Below, piece by piece: positions 9,550 to 19,253 of a DNA stretch of 64,000 nt. Made by a program: the position numbers and the translations under genes. The notes under the pieces were generated by a model that did no database searches, had not been told where the DNA came from, and was given only the letters and a program-made list of their open reading frames with translations. How positions within the stretch are numbered: the first letter of the stretch is position 1; every line of letters starts with the position of its first letter. Source of the stretch: Patescibacteria group bacterium (GTDB lineage Bacteria; Patescibacteriota; Microgenomatia; 2-02-FULL-39-11). The stretch is from contig JAMCUI010000011.1 in assembly GCA_023379265.1 (NCBI GenBank), positions 4,030-68,029 of the forward strand. The letters are read 5' to 3'.

Positions 9550-10880
9550 AGTATTTTTCTCCCCGTCAATATCTTCCTTACCTCTAACATAGCTGAGTAA
9601 GTCGCAAAAACGTATAAAACATCAGATTTAGCCGTGCGCGCCGTACTAGAATTTATCGCTCTCTCCAGGTTTTCTTCGATTTGACATTTAATATTTGCAG
9701 TTTGCACTTTTTCAGAAGTGTATTTTATCCTCAATCCCACATCATACGCCCTGTCACCACTTACGGTAATTTGCACTTTCCCGGGAATCATCTCAAAATC
9801 CACATCCCAGATCCAGGAGACATCGCGTCCGTCCGGTATCCGGTCATTTAAGACCAAAAGAATATTATGAAGTCGTAAGTCAATTACAGTCCGCAACGCT
9901 GCGTTAAATCCTGCGGGATTTTTAGCAAGAAATATCTTTATCTTCTTCCCCTTATACTCAATTTCCTCCTGACGCCCGAATGCCGGCATAAAATCAGAAA
10001 CTGCAACACTTTTCAGAATATCTGTTCCCACTCCCGCCTCTATCGCTGCCCAATATGCGGCCTGACTATTGTATAGATTGTAAATGCCGGCAAGAGGAAA
10101 AGTTAAAACATCACTCTTTACAGCTGGGCGGTGTAATCCGCAATTTTTACAACTCCATTTCCCCAGATGGGAAAAATATACTCCTTCATAGTCAAGTTTT
10201 TGCCCGCATGAGGGGCAATAGATTGAATCAGTCGCGTGTTCATAAGTTTTGAGATAGACTTCCGGTTTATCTAATCCGAAATAAATTGATCTAGCTTTGG
10301 TTTTTCCTCCTATATATGCTACCAAAGGGTCGTCAGCATTCAGTATTAAGGTGGTATTTTCTTTTTTGGACTGATGGGCCAGCACATTTTGCCATTTGCG
10401 TGCAATTAGGTCTACTTCTCCATACCTGTCTAACTGATCTCTAAAAAGATTCAAAAGTACTACAATGATTTTTTTCTTTGCATCAAGGCATCGGTTTATT
10501 TTGGGCAAAACAACAGGCAAAACATTCTCATCTACCTCAAGCACTGCCCATTTTGCGTAAATCCTGCCTTTTGCCGACGACTGCGATATAAATGCGGATA
10601 CGAGGCCGTTTTCAATATTAGCGCCGGACTGATTATGCACCACTTTTACATCTTTACCACTTTTTTCAAGGAATTTACGGATCATAAGGGAAGTAGTAGT
10701 CTTACCGTTTGTGCCTGCAACGATAATTACTCCCTTCTCAACCTGAGAAACAAAATGTTCCAATATTCTATCATTGAAAGTTAAGGCAATCTCTCCCGGC
10801 CATGTACCGCCATTACCAAGATTTAAACTTTTTGAAATGAAGCGGATAATCTTACCTATGAGTATAAGAGGAATAATCAT
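9546..10880 (-). CDS. murT: Lipid II isoglutaminyl synthase Mur-ligase-like subunit
   Basis: GTNGKTTT, LNLFRDQLDRYGE, Cys4 zinc insertion, KNPAG, DGRDVSWIWDVDFE, TYSAML. Confidence 0.92.
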   Translation of the reverse strand: MIIPLILIGKIIRFISKSLNLGNGGTWPGEIALTFNDRILEHFVSQVEKGVIIVAGTNGKTTTSLMIRKFLEKSGKDVKVVHNQSGANIENGLVSAFISQSSAKGRIYAKWAVLEVDENVLPVVLPKINRCLDAKKKIIVVLLNLFRDQLDRYGEVDLIARKWQNVLAHQSKKENTTLILNADDPLVAYIGGKTKARSIYFGLDKPEVYLKTYEHATDSIYCPSCGQKLDYEGVYFSHLGKWSCKNCGLHRPAVKSDVLTFPLAGIYNLYNSQAAYWAAIEAGVGTDILKSVAVSDFMPAFGRQEEIEYKGKKIKIFLAKNPAGFNAALRTVIDLRLHNILLVLNDRIPDGRDVSWIWDVDFEMIPGKVQITVSGDRAYDVGLRIKYTSEKVQTANIKCQIEENLERAINSSTARTAKSDVLYVFATYSAMLEVRKILTGRKIL

Positions 10881-10891
10881 TTTCCCAAAAT

Positions 10892-13033
10892 TCAGTTTGG
10901 CAGGATAAAAACAACTTTATCATTCTTTATATCCGCTTGCACTTTATCTCCCTGTTTTACCTTTTCCTCCATAATAAAAAGTGATAGCTCATCCAATATC
11001 TTATCCTGTATCACCCTCTTGAGAGGTCTTGCACCAAAGGAAGGGTCGTATCCAGCCTGTGCGATATATTTCTTCAACTTATCCGTAAATTGTATCTGTA
11101 TATTTTGCCTTGACAATCTTTCTCTTACCATTTCCAATTGCTTATCCGCAATCCGGCCAATAAGGTCGCGCGTCAGTGAACTGAAAAATACTATCTGGTC
11201 CAACCGGTTAAGAAATTCCGGCTTGAAGCTTTGCCGCAGGAGCTGCATAATTTTTACCCTTACAACCTCGTCTATCTTTCCTTTTTCCATAACCAGGTCA
11301 CTGCCCAAATTCGAAGTCAAAATTATGACAGTATTGGTAAAATTTACCATCCTGCCGCGACCGTCCGTAAGTCTGCCGTCATCAAAAATCTGCAAAAAGA
11401 TGTTAAATATCTGGGGATGGGCCTTCTCTATTTCATCAAAAAGAATCACACTATACGGCCTTCTTCTTACCGCTTCAGTCAGCTGTCCTCCCTCCTCATA
11501 ACCTACATAACCAGGAGGTGCGCCAATCAGACGTGCTACTGTATGAGCCTCCTGGTATTCGGACATATCTATTCTTATCATCATCTTCTCGTCATTAAAA
11601 AGTGCCTGCGCCAGGGCCTTGGACAACTCTGTCTTACCCACACCCGTGGGACCAAGGAAGAGAAAAGTACCTATCGGTTTATTTTCCTCTCCGATACCGA
11701 CCCTATTGCGTCGTATGGCTTTTGCCACTTTCTCTACCGCTTCATCCTGACCTACAACTCTTTTCTTTAACTCATCATCAAGATGGAGAAGTCTTTCCGT
11801 TTCCGAACGCAACAGCCGGGTCACTGGAATACCTGTCCATTTGGAAATTACTGAGGCGATATCCTGGTCAGTCACTTCATCCCTTAAAAGCCTTTCATCC
11901 TGGGGAATTTTTTTCCATTGCCCTTCCAATTCCTTTAATTTTTTCTCTATCTCTGGCAGTTTGCCGTACTTTATCTCCGCAGCCTTATCAAGCATTACAT
12001 CTCTTTCCGCTTTTTCAAGTTCAAGCTTCAGCGAATCGTACTGCCGGCGAAGTGCATTAAGTTTCGTCAGTATGGATTTTTGCTCCTGCCATAATTGTGT
12101 CAGTTTTCCTTCTCTATCCTTTAACCCGTTTATTCTCTTTTCCAAATCGCTCCTGCGCTTTTGGGTCGTCTCACCCTTTTCCCTCCTGAGTCCAGTCAGC
12201 TCAATCTCAGCCTGGGTCTTTTGTCTTTTCACCTCATCAAGACCCGCGGGCATGCTTTCTATTTCTATCTTTATGGCTGAGGCTGCTTCATCCACCAGAT
12301 CTATGGCTTTATCAGGCAAAAAACGATCCGTAATGTATCTTTTGGAAAGGGTAACTGCGGCAATCAGGGCATCATCGGTAATTCTAATAGCATGATGCAA
12401 TTCATATTTTTCGCGCAGTCCCCGAAGTATTGAGATTGCATCCTCAACTGATGGTTCATCCACATATATAGGTTGAAACCGTCTTTCCAAAGCTTTATCC
12501 TTCTCGATATATTCCCTGTATTCGTTTACTGTAGTCGCACCTATAGCGTGAAGAGCTCCACGAGCCAGAGCCGGTTTTAATATATTAGCCGCGTCTACAG
12601 CTCCTCCTGCGGCTCCTGCCCCCACCAGCGTATGAAGTTCATCAATGAAAAGTATATATTTTCCGCCTCCCTTCTCCAATTCTGACATCAGTTTTTTCAA
12701 CCTGTTCTCGAATTCCCCCCTGTATGCTGCACCAGCCAAAAGTCCTGCCAAATCCAAAACCAGCACTTCCTTACCCCTCAGTGTTTCAGGTACATCTCCT
12801 GCCACAATTCTCTGTGCCAAACCCTCCACAATAGCAGTTTTCCCTACTCCTGGATCTCCCAAAAGCACAGGATTGTTTTTTGTCCTTCTTGCCAGAATTT
12901 GCATCAGGCGCCTGATCTCACTGTCCCGTCCCACAACAGGATCAAGTTTACCCTCATGCGCCCGCTTTGTCAGGTTGAGAGTATATTTTTCCAGAATGTT
13001 TCCTTCGTGAGGAGGCTCATAATGCATCTGCAT
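10892..13033 (-). CDS. clpB: ClpB-type AAA+ disaggregase lacking the N-terminal domain
   Basis: Two Walker A motifs (GDPGVGKT, GPTGVGKT) and a coiled-coil M domain; starts just before LEKY/GKLDPVVGR. Confidence 0.9.
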   Translation of the reverse strand: MQMHYEPPHEGNILEKYTLNLTKRAHEGKLDPVVGRDSEIRRLMQILARRTKNNPVLLGDPGVGKTAIVEGLAQRIVAGDVPETLRGKEVLVLDLAGLLAGAAYRGEFENRLKKLMSELEKGGGKYILFIDELHTLVGAGAAGGAVDAANILKPALARGALHAIGATTVNEYREYIEKDKALERRFQPIYVDEPSVEDAISILRGLREKYELHHAIRITDDALIAAVTLSKRYITDRFLPDKAIDLVDEAASAIKIEIESMPAGLDEVKRQKTQAEIELTGLRREKGETTQKRRSDLEKRINGLKDREGKLTQLWQEQKSILTKLNALRRQYDSLKLELEKAERDVMLDKAAEIKYGKLPEIEKKLKELEGQWKKIPQDERLLRDEVTDQDIASVISKWTGIPVTRLLRSETERLLHLDDELKKRVVGQDEAVEKVAKAIRRNRVGIGEENKPIGTFLFLGPTGVGKTELSKALAQALFNDEKMMIRIDMSEYQEAHTVARLIGAPPGYVGYEEGGQLTEAVRRRPYSVILFDEIEKAHPQIFNIFLQIFDDGRLTDGRGRMVNFTNTVIILTSNLGSDLVMEKGKIDEVVRVKIMQLLRQSFKPEFLNRLDQIVFFSSLTRDLIGRIADKQLEMVRERLSRQNIQIQFTDKLKKYIAQAGYDPSFGARPLKRVIQDKILDELSLFIMEEKVKQGDKVQADIKNDKVVFILPN

Positions 13034-13136
13034 ATTTTGGATCTTAATGCGCCTTCAACATCATTTACATCTCTTTAAGTATTCGTATTCTTTCTTCTAT
13101 TAGTAAATCCGAAGTTTGGTCAATTCAAAACATTAT

Positions 13137-14045
13137 CTACATGGCCCGTAGTATTTTTATTCTTTCTTCTATTGGCGGATGCGTATCAAAGAGCCCGGCA
13201 AACCAGGCTTTGGCGCTTTTACCCTTGAAAGGATTTTCAATATAAAGGTGTGCGGTAGCATTTGTCGCTCCCCGCATTACAGTCTTATCCTGGGCGATTT
13301 TTTCCAAAGCCGAAGCTAACTCTGCCGGATTTTTGGTAAGGAGTGCCCCTGAGGCATCCGCCAAAAATTCCCTTTTCCGTGATATTGCCAGCTGTATTAT
13401 AGTGGCAATTACCGGAGAAAGTATGGCTAAAACTATACCTAATACCATAATAATCGCACCAAAGCTACTCCTATCCTCCCTACTATCCCGATTTGCTCCT
13501 CCCCACCATAGCATCCTCATAAACCAATCAGACATAAAAGCTACAGTTCCTACCAAGACTGTCACAATAGCCATAAGGCGTGTGTCGTAATTGCCTACAT
13601 GCGACAATTCATGCGCAATCACTCCCTCCAGCTCATCCCTATCCATCTTCTCAAGAAGTCCCCTTGTCACACAGACTACTGCGTGCTGAGGGTCGCGGCC
13701 CGTGGCAAAAGCATTGGGAGCGGCATCCTCAATGATATAAACTTTTGGTTTGGGCAATCCTGCACCTATCGCCAGGTTTTCAGTCACAGTATATAGATCA
13801 AAATCCCTTCTCCTGTCTGCTGGCCGGGCGCCCGACATGGAAAGAACAATTTTGTCACTCCAATAATAGCTTCCCAGACTGGTCAGTCCGGCAAATATGA
13901 GCGCAATTCCCGCCCACGATATGCCATAGCCCGAAGCCTGTCCCAATATAAAGGCTATCATTGCGATAAATACGGTAAAAAAAGCCATTGTGAGAAGGCT
14001 TTTGGTTTTATTGCTTTCTATTTGAGAATATACAGATAAAGCCAT
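13137..14045 (-). CDS. htpX: M48 zinc metalloprotease HtpX
   Basis: PNAFATG, HELSH, REFLAD, FDTHPP. Confidence 0.93.
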   Translation of the reverse strand: MALSVYSQIESNKTKSLLTMAFFTVFIAMIAFILGQASGYGISWAGIALIFAGLTSLGSYYWSDKIVLSMSGARPADRRRDFDLYTVTENLAIGAGLPKPKVYIIEDAAPNAFATGRDPQHAVVCVTRGLLEKMDRDELEGVIAHELSHVGNYDTRLMAIVTVLVGTVAFMSDWFMRMLWWGGANRDSREDRSSFGAIIMVLGIVLAILSPVIATIIQLAISRKREFLADASGALLTKNPAELASALEKIAQDKTVMRGATNATAHLYIENPFKGKSAKAWFAGLFDTHPPIEERIKILRAM

Positions 14046-14111
14046 TATTTTATTAATTGACATCCCGTATCTGAAACTGACAGAACGGTTATAAATAAAT
14101 ATTTGATACTA

Positions 14112-14666
14112 TCAGTCAAACTTTACGTCAATCTTCTTTTTTTCTTCTTCAGAAGCGGCAAAGAATTCTTCATCAAGAAAACCCAGATGCTGAGCAATAA
14201 GTACGTTTGGGAAAATCTTTATTCTGGTATTGTAATCCATGACCGCTGTGTTATAAAACTGCCTGGAGTATGCCACTTTGTCTTCGGTGTCTTCAAGTTC
14301 TCTTTGCAACTGCCCAAAATTCTCGCTCGCACGCAATTGCGGATAAGCCTCAGCTACCGCGAAAAGAGACTTGAGTGTCGCACCCAGCTGGTTATTTGCT
14401 TCGGCTTTTGCCGCAGGAGTTTTGGCAGAAAGAAGGGCACTCCTCGCCTTAGTCACGTTTTCAAATACGCTCTTCTCATGCTTGGCATATCCTTTGACTG
14501 TTTCCACAAGGTTTGGAATAAGGTCTGATCGCCTTTTGAGCTGTACATCCACCTGACTCCAGGCTTCCTTCACCCGCATTTTGAGCGTCACAAGTCCGTT
14601 GTAAAGTGACCAGATATATAGGATTATCAACCCCAAAACTGCTATAAGCAGCAATGCAATATTCAT
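14112..14666 (-). CDS. lemA: LemA family protein
   Basis: [25 protein letters not shown]; usual lemA-htpX pair. Confidence 0.93.
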   Translation of the reverse strand: MNIALLLIAVLGLIILYIWSLYNGLVTLKMRVKEAWSQVDVQLKRRSDLIPNLVETVKGYAKHEKSVFENVTKARSALLSAKTPAAKAEANNQLGATLKSLFAVAEAYPQLRASENFGQLQRELEDTEDKVAYSRQFYNTAVMDYNTRIKIFPNVLIAQHLGFLDEEFFAASEEEKKKIDVKFD

Positions 14667-14696
14667 AAATCACCACCCTCCTTTTAATTTTAATAA

Positions 14697-16508
14697 TCAG
14701 GGTTTTAGAAGCCAATCCTTGACTTTATTATAAGGTAAAGTGTTTAGTATGTCATCTTTTTTTGCCCAACCCCTTCGGGCAACAGAAACTCCATATTTCA
14801 TAAGCGACATATGTTCCTTGTCATGACTGTCTGTATCAATTACCAGTTTCACTCTGTTTTTTATAGCCTCCCGCACAAGAGAATCAGGCAAATCAAGCCT
14901 GTCGGGATATGAGTTTATTTCTATTGCTTTGTTATTCTCAAAGCAGAATTTAAAAATTTGCTGCCAATCCAAATCATAACCGGGACGTTTCCCCAAAAGT
15001 CTTCCGGTCGGATGTCCCAATATTTTTGCTTTCGGGTGAGAAAGAGCCGATAGTACACGCTTTGTCATCATTCCCGTACCAATTGTAAATCCGCTATGTA
15101 TAGATACGACAGCCGCGTCAATGTAGTTGAATGCTTCTTCCGGTAAAGCCAGTTTCCCATCAGGGAGTATATCAATCTCCATCATGATAAATAAATTTAC
15201 CCGTATACTTTTATTGCTCAACATTATGTGTTCAAATTCGTGTTTTCGTCGCTCCATTATGTGTACAACATCTTCTTTTGTGTGTTTGGATACACTAGGA
15301 TTATGATCGCTTATCCCTACATATTCATAATTCATGCTTTTGGCAGTAGTCAGTATTTCTTTTAGGGAAGATATCCCAAGGTCATGTGACGGTTCAAGAT
15401 CGTAATTAGAGTGGATGTGAAGTTCACCTTTTATATCCGAAAGTCCTATAATATCGGGCAGTTTATTGGTGCCAGCTGCCTCAATTTCTCCCGTATCCTC
15501 TCTCATTTCAGGGGGAATATACTGCATATCAAGCGCCCGGTACAAACTCTTTTCATCCGGAAATTCAAACATCTTTTCCTTTTTACTGTATGATGCTCCT
15601 GTAAGTTTATACATTTCCGCTTCCTTTGATAATGCCTTCATTCCGTATTCAGAAAGTGAAAGTCGCTTTTTGAGAGCCACCTCACGAAGATGTATGTTAT
15701 GGTTTTTGCTACCGGTAAAATATTGGAGCATCGCTCCGAACCTGCCCGGATACTGTACCCTCAGATCCACCTGTCTGCCGCTTTTAAGTAAAATAGTAGC
15801 TCCTGCAGTCCCCTTCTCCACCTGCTTTTCCTTTTGGGGATAGGCCAGAAACCAGTCCACTACTTCTTTTGGATTTCTTGTAGATACGGCTATATCTATA
15901 TCTCCAATTGTAGCTACCCTTCTTCTCAAACTCCCCAAAAACTCGGCTTGAAGTGTGTATTCACATTTGCTCAAGTAAGACAATATATCGTCGGCAATTG
16001 CTCCGGCATAAGGCAAAGGCATCCTATTTTCCTTTACCTGACCTTCTTTAAGCCTCTTTAAGGCGTCCAATATATCCTGCTGTGATTTATTACCAAAACC
16101 CTCAATTGAGGCGATTTTGCCGGATTTGGCGGCGGCAGACAAGTCTTTTATCGCATTTTTGGCATTGTCCAGTTTCAATTCCGACACCAGCCTGTACGCT
16201 TTTTTGGCGCCAAAGCCGGGAATATCCAGAAGTGGAAAGACTGCTTCAGGAATTTTAGATTTTATATCCTCAAAATGTTTAACCTTGCCCGTTTTGAGTA
16301 GCTCACCTAGGTGAGCGGCAAGCGAACCGCCAATACCGGGTACGGAAGTCAACTTCCCCTCTTTCCACAACTGCTCCGCTTCAACAGTACTTTTTTCTAT
16401 GGAATCAGCAGCCCTCCCGTAAGCTATTATCCTGAACCTGTCCTCAGACAATATCACATATGAAGCGGCAATCTCCCTGAGAAGCTTTGCAATCTCCCTG
16501 TTATTCAT
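14697..16508 (-). CDS. polX: DNA polymerase X family with C-terminal PHP domain
   Basis: MNNREIA start, HhH motifs, GSLRR..TIGDIDI, YFTGSKNHN, HIHS/SDH/HPTGR/DSH PHP motifs. Confidence 0.92.
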   Translation of the reverse strand: MNNREIAKLLREIAASYVILSEDRFRIIAYGRAADSIEKSTVEAEQLWKEGKLTSVPGIGGSLAAHLGELLKTGKVKHFEDIKSKIPEAVFPLLDIPGFGAKKAYRLVSELKLDNAKNAIKDLSAAAKSGKIASIEGFGNKSQQDILDALKRLKEGQVKENRMPLPYAGAIADDILSYLSKCEYTLQAEFLGSLRRRVATIGDIDIAVSTRNPKEVVDWFLAYPQKEKQVEKGTAGATILLKSGRQVDLRVQYPGRFGAMLQYFTGSKNHNIHLREVALKKRLSLSEYGMKALSKEAEMYKLTGASYSKKEKMFEFPDEKSLYRALDMQYIPPEMREDTGEIEAAGTNKLPDIIGLSDIKGELHIHSNYDLEPSHDLGISSLKEILTTAKSMNYEYVGISDHNPSVSKHTKEDVVHIMERRKHEFEHIMLSNKSIRVNLFIMMEIDILPDGKLALPEEAFNYIDAAVVSIHSGFTIGTGMMTKRVLSALSHPKAKILGHPTGRLLGKRPGYDLDWQQIFKFCFENNKAIEINSYPDRLDLPDSLVREAIKNRVKLVIDTDSHDKEHMSLMKYGVSVARRGWAKKDDILNTLPYNKVKDWLLKP

Positions 16509-16680
16509 AAATCGAGTGTAGCATAAAAAACAGCCGTCTCCCATCCCTTGACCCTCGTACCCGCTTCTGATATCATCCTGATAGTCCAAAATCTTAGGAT
16601 AATACATCAAGACGGAATTATTCTGAATAAAAGATAAAATTTATCTGGGTTTACCCAGTAAATTTGATCGCAAATTTACC

Positions 16681-16753
16681 GGGCTCGTGGTGTAGCGGTT
16701 AACATGTCGCCCTGTCGAGGCGAAGACCGCCGGTTCGAATCCGGTCGAGCCCG
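16681..16753 (+). tRNA. tRNA-Asp(GTC)
   Basis: Acceptor GGGCTCG/CGAGCCC, anticodon arm TCGCC-CTGTCGA-GGCGA, GGTTCGAATCC T-arm. Confidence 0.95.
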
Positions 16754-16812
16754 CCTTCGTCTCGCCGTAGCTCGACTTCGGCGAGGCAAGCCCGCTAAAA
16801 GAGCGGAGGCGG
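16750..16812. repeat. GC-rich REP-like hairpin element, copy A, at the tRNA-Asp 3' end
   Basis: CTCGCCG...CGGCGAG stem flanked by duplicated CCCGC. Contains the reverse complement of GCGGGCTTGCCTCGCCG, also at 18795 and 60829. Confidence 0.75.
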
Positions 16813-16892
16813 AAATGTAATTTTTTATTCCGTCGTATTCTGCCCCGAAGAAAAATATCCATCTGCCCAGAAAGGGGGAACAAATATCATTT

Positions 16893-17453
16893 ATGTGGAA
16901 AAAATACCTAAAACAGTTGAGTATGCCGGAATCATACATATCAATCACTTTGGGATTTCTCGTAGTAGTTGTCGCCGGTCTTCTTTTTTACAACTACATA
17001 AACCGTACAAGAACCGGGACTTCCATGCAAAATAGCGGCAACACTACTACAGGACAACAGGCGGCAAAGGAGCAAAAGATGGATTTGCCCACAACCCATG
17101 CAGTGGCAGCAGGCGAGACACTCTGGTCCATAGCACAGAAATATTACAATTCCGGATACAATTGGGTGACCATAGCCCGCGCCAACAACCTGGCAAATCC
17201 GGACATGATAGAGGAAGGACAGAAACTTGATTTACCCAAAGCAGATACTATTACCCCTCCGGCAGCAGGGGAAGTATCATCGGCAGGTATCACTCCGGCT
17301 ACATCCTATACGGTAGTACACGGTGATGACCTGTGGAACATAGCGGTCAGGGAATATGGTGACGGTTTTGCCTGGACCAAAATTGCTAAAGCCAACAACC
17401 TGGTAAATCCCAATCTTATACATGCCGGAAATGTACTGAAATTGCCAAGATAA
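16893..17453 (+). CDS. Membrane-anchored protein with two LysM domains
   Basis: N-terminal TM helix; HAVAAGETLWSIA..YY and YTVVHGDDLWNIA LysM repeats. Confidence 0.9.
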   Translation: MWKKYLKQLSMPESYISITLGFLVVVVAGLLFYNYINRTRTGTSMQNSGNTTTGQQAAKEQKMDLPTTHAVAAGETLWSIAQKYYNSGYNWVTIARANNLANPDMIEEGQKLDLPKADTITPPAAGEVSSAGITPATSYTVVHGDDLWNIAVREYGDGFAWTKIAKANNLVNPNLIHAGNVLKLPR

Positions 17454-17506
17454 TAAGGATTAATTTTAGTATTTCTTCTGAAGTTACAGATTTACACCTG
17501 TAAGAT

Positions 17507-18694
17507 TTAACGTGCAAAACGGTTTATGACGTATCCCCTCACTTTCGATACCGGCTTTTCTACTATGAAGTATGTTGCTACAGATACTAATACGGTGATC
17601 AAAAACGCAGGTATGGCCTTTTGGAGAAAAACTGCCCAAGAAGTCACATCGTAATTGGTAAAGCCGAATATATCTATCACGGCTTTATGCCAAATATAAA
17701 TTTCAAAAGATAAAATACCGACAATTTCAAAAAGTCTGACCGGTTTCCCCATTACACTCTTTACACTCAATTTTATCCTCTTTTTGTAAGCGCTATATTT
17801 TTCCAGTGTTTCAAAATAAACGATATACCAACCAGTCACTAGACACGCTAAAAATGGCAACGTATATGTAACTGCCTCACGGTAACTGGAAAACCGGGAG
17901 TATACAAAAATTGTATTGTAGTTGGCAAAAAAATATAAAAATAATAGAGATAAAATCGTCACTACCATTCCCAAAAGATTTCCGTGCAATCTATTCCAAA
18001 ATTTTGCGGATGCATTTTTTTTAACTCCCCTTACGATGAGATTTAAGAAAAAACCAAAAAGGAATATATCCAAATTCGCCACAAGTGGAGTATATACATG
18101 CACGCTATAACTCTCAGCATTCCACACAACACCATGAACTGTGATATAGGCGCGTATAGCAAAACCCAGTATTAAGATAGCTTCACCTGCCAAGATCGAA
18201 AGGGTAAGTCTCTTCTCAATAAAAGAAAAGAGAGCAAAAAAAATAGGTACCAAAAGAAAAAACTGCATCTCTGTGGAAACAGTCCAAATAGGGGAATTAA
18301 AGTTTGCTATGGGGTAAAAATCAGTCTGTCGAAACGTCAGAAGATTTATAAAAACCGGCAATCTGTCGCGAAGAAAAGCAGGATATATAAAAATGGCAAG
18401 GAATAAAATATTCAGATAGTAAGCCGGTGCTATCCGTAAAAACCGGCTGAGATAAAAACGCATTATACCCGCCTTTGTCAGTGCATAGCGGCCGATAAAA
18501 AATATTTTGCCCATGAGGTATCCCGAAAGGATAAAAAATACCCATACAGCGGCAAGCCCGGAGGGAAACGTAATCCAGCTGAAGTTAATCCCTTTTATGA
18601 CTAAGTAATATTTGGGCGGGCCTATATGCCAAAAGAAAACAGCAAGGCAGGCCAATCCGCGAAGAATAAGAAGAGGATCCGCTTTGTTCTGCAT
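17507..18694 (-). CDS. Acyltransferase family 3 (OafA-like) membrane protein
   Basis: LRGLACLAVFFWH, VFFILSGY, RFLRIAPAY, WTVSTEMQF, VEKP. Confidence 0.9.
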   Translation of the reverse strand: MQNKADPLLILRGLACLAVFFWHIGPPKYYLVIKGINFSWITFPSGLAAVWVFFILSGYLMGKIFFIGRYALTKAGIMRFYLSRFLRIAPAYYLNILFLAIFIYPAFLRDRLPVFINLLTFRQTDFYPIANFNSPIWTVSTEMQFFLLVPIFFALFSFIEKRLTLSILAGEAILILGFAIRAYITVHGVVWNAESYSVHVYTPLVANLDIFLFGFFLNLIVRGVKKNASAKFWNRLHGNLLGMVVTILSLLFLYFFANYNTIFVYSRFSSYREAVTYTLPFLACLVTGWYIVYFETLEKYSAYKKRIKLSVKSVMGKPVRLFEIVGILSFEIYIWHKAVIDIFGFTNYDVTSWAVFLQKAIPAFLITVLVSVATYFIVEKPVSKVRGYVINRFAR

Positions 18695-18793
18695 AGGAAA
18701 ATCAAACTATTATACATTCTTATCATTTTCACTGATATAATGAAATACTCCTAGCAGGTTACAGATTTGATATAATAAAAGCAGAAAGTTTTT

Positions 18794-18830
18794 GGCGGGC
18801 TTGCCTCGCCGTAGCTTTAGCGTAGGCGGG
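18794..18830 (+). repeat. REP-like element, copy B, flanked by duplicated GGCGGG
   Basis: GGCGGG-cttgcctcgccgtagctttagcgta-GGCGGG. Confidence 0.75.
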
Positions 18831-18859
18831 ATTAGTACACCGGTAGTATGCGTCCTTCC
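18826..18859 (+). pseudogene. Orphan 5' half of a tRNA-Gly, broken in the anticodon loop
   Basis: GCGGGAT-TA-GTAC-ACCGGTA-GTAT-G-CGTCC-TTCC parallels the intact tRNA-Gly at 19023; no matching 3' half follows. Confidence 0.65.
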
Positions 18860-18927
18860 TCCGACGAAAGCTTCGCATTCAGGTGGACACGCTTAAATAC
18901 GAAGTTTTTAGCGGGCAAGATATAAGC

Positions 18928-19032
18928 ATGTTTTATTATACTTATGTAGAGAGAAACAGTTGAAAACTGGGTTCGGAAGAGGATATTATTAAACGAAGAT
19001 TAGACGGCTATTTAAAGTCGTTGCGGGCGTAG
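18928..19032 (+). pseudogene. Internally deleted, frameshifted GIY-YIG nuclease remnant overlapping the tRNA-Gly 5' end
   Basis: MFYYTYV joined out of frame to REKQLKTGFGRGY, then IKRRLDGYLKSLRA*. Same C-terminal motif as the GIY-YIG in hsdS (REKWLKTGFGRKW). Confidence 0.7.
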
Positions 19033-19094
19033 TTCAGCGGTAGAATGTCTCCTTCCCAAGGAGAAGGTCACCGGTTCAAATCCGGCCGCCCGCT
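19023..19094 (+). tRNA. tRNA-Gly(CCC)
   Basis: Acceptor GCGGGCG/CGCCCGC, anticodon arm TCTCC-TTCCCAA-GGAGA, GGTTCAAATCC, U discriminator. Confidence 0.95.
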
Positions 19095-19253
19095 CAAATC
19101 TCCGATTTCTTAGTTTCAGAATATTAGGTTATATTGAAATAATCCACGCTGAACAACATAATCTAAAAAGATCACGCAATCCAGCGTGGAAAATAATACC
19201 TAGAGACAAATCCGCTTGCGGGATAAAACAGATCCGTCTCTGACGAACCTAAC

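Noticed and set aside
16641-16948. 80-90 aa ORFs on the minus strand
   Set aside because: They are read-throughs of tRNA-Asp and the REP element.
19124-19253. Hammerhead ribozyme (CTGACGA, GAAA, TCCACGCTG/CAGCGTGGA and GAGAC/GTCTC stems)
   Set aside because: The core elements are not in the required register: extra bases precede GAAA and no NUH abuts stem I. It may be a terminator or a decayed structure.
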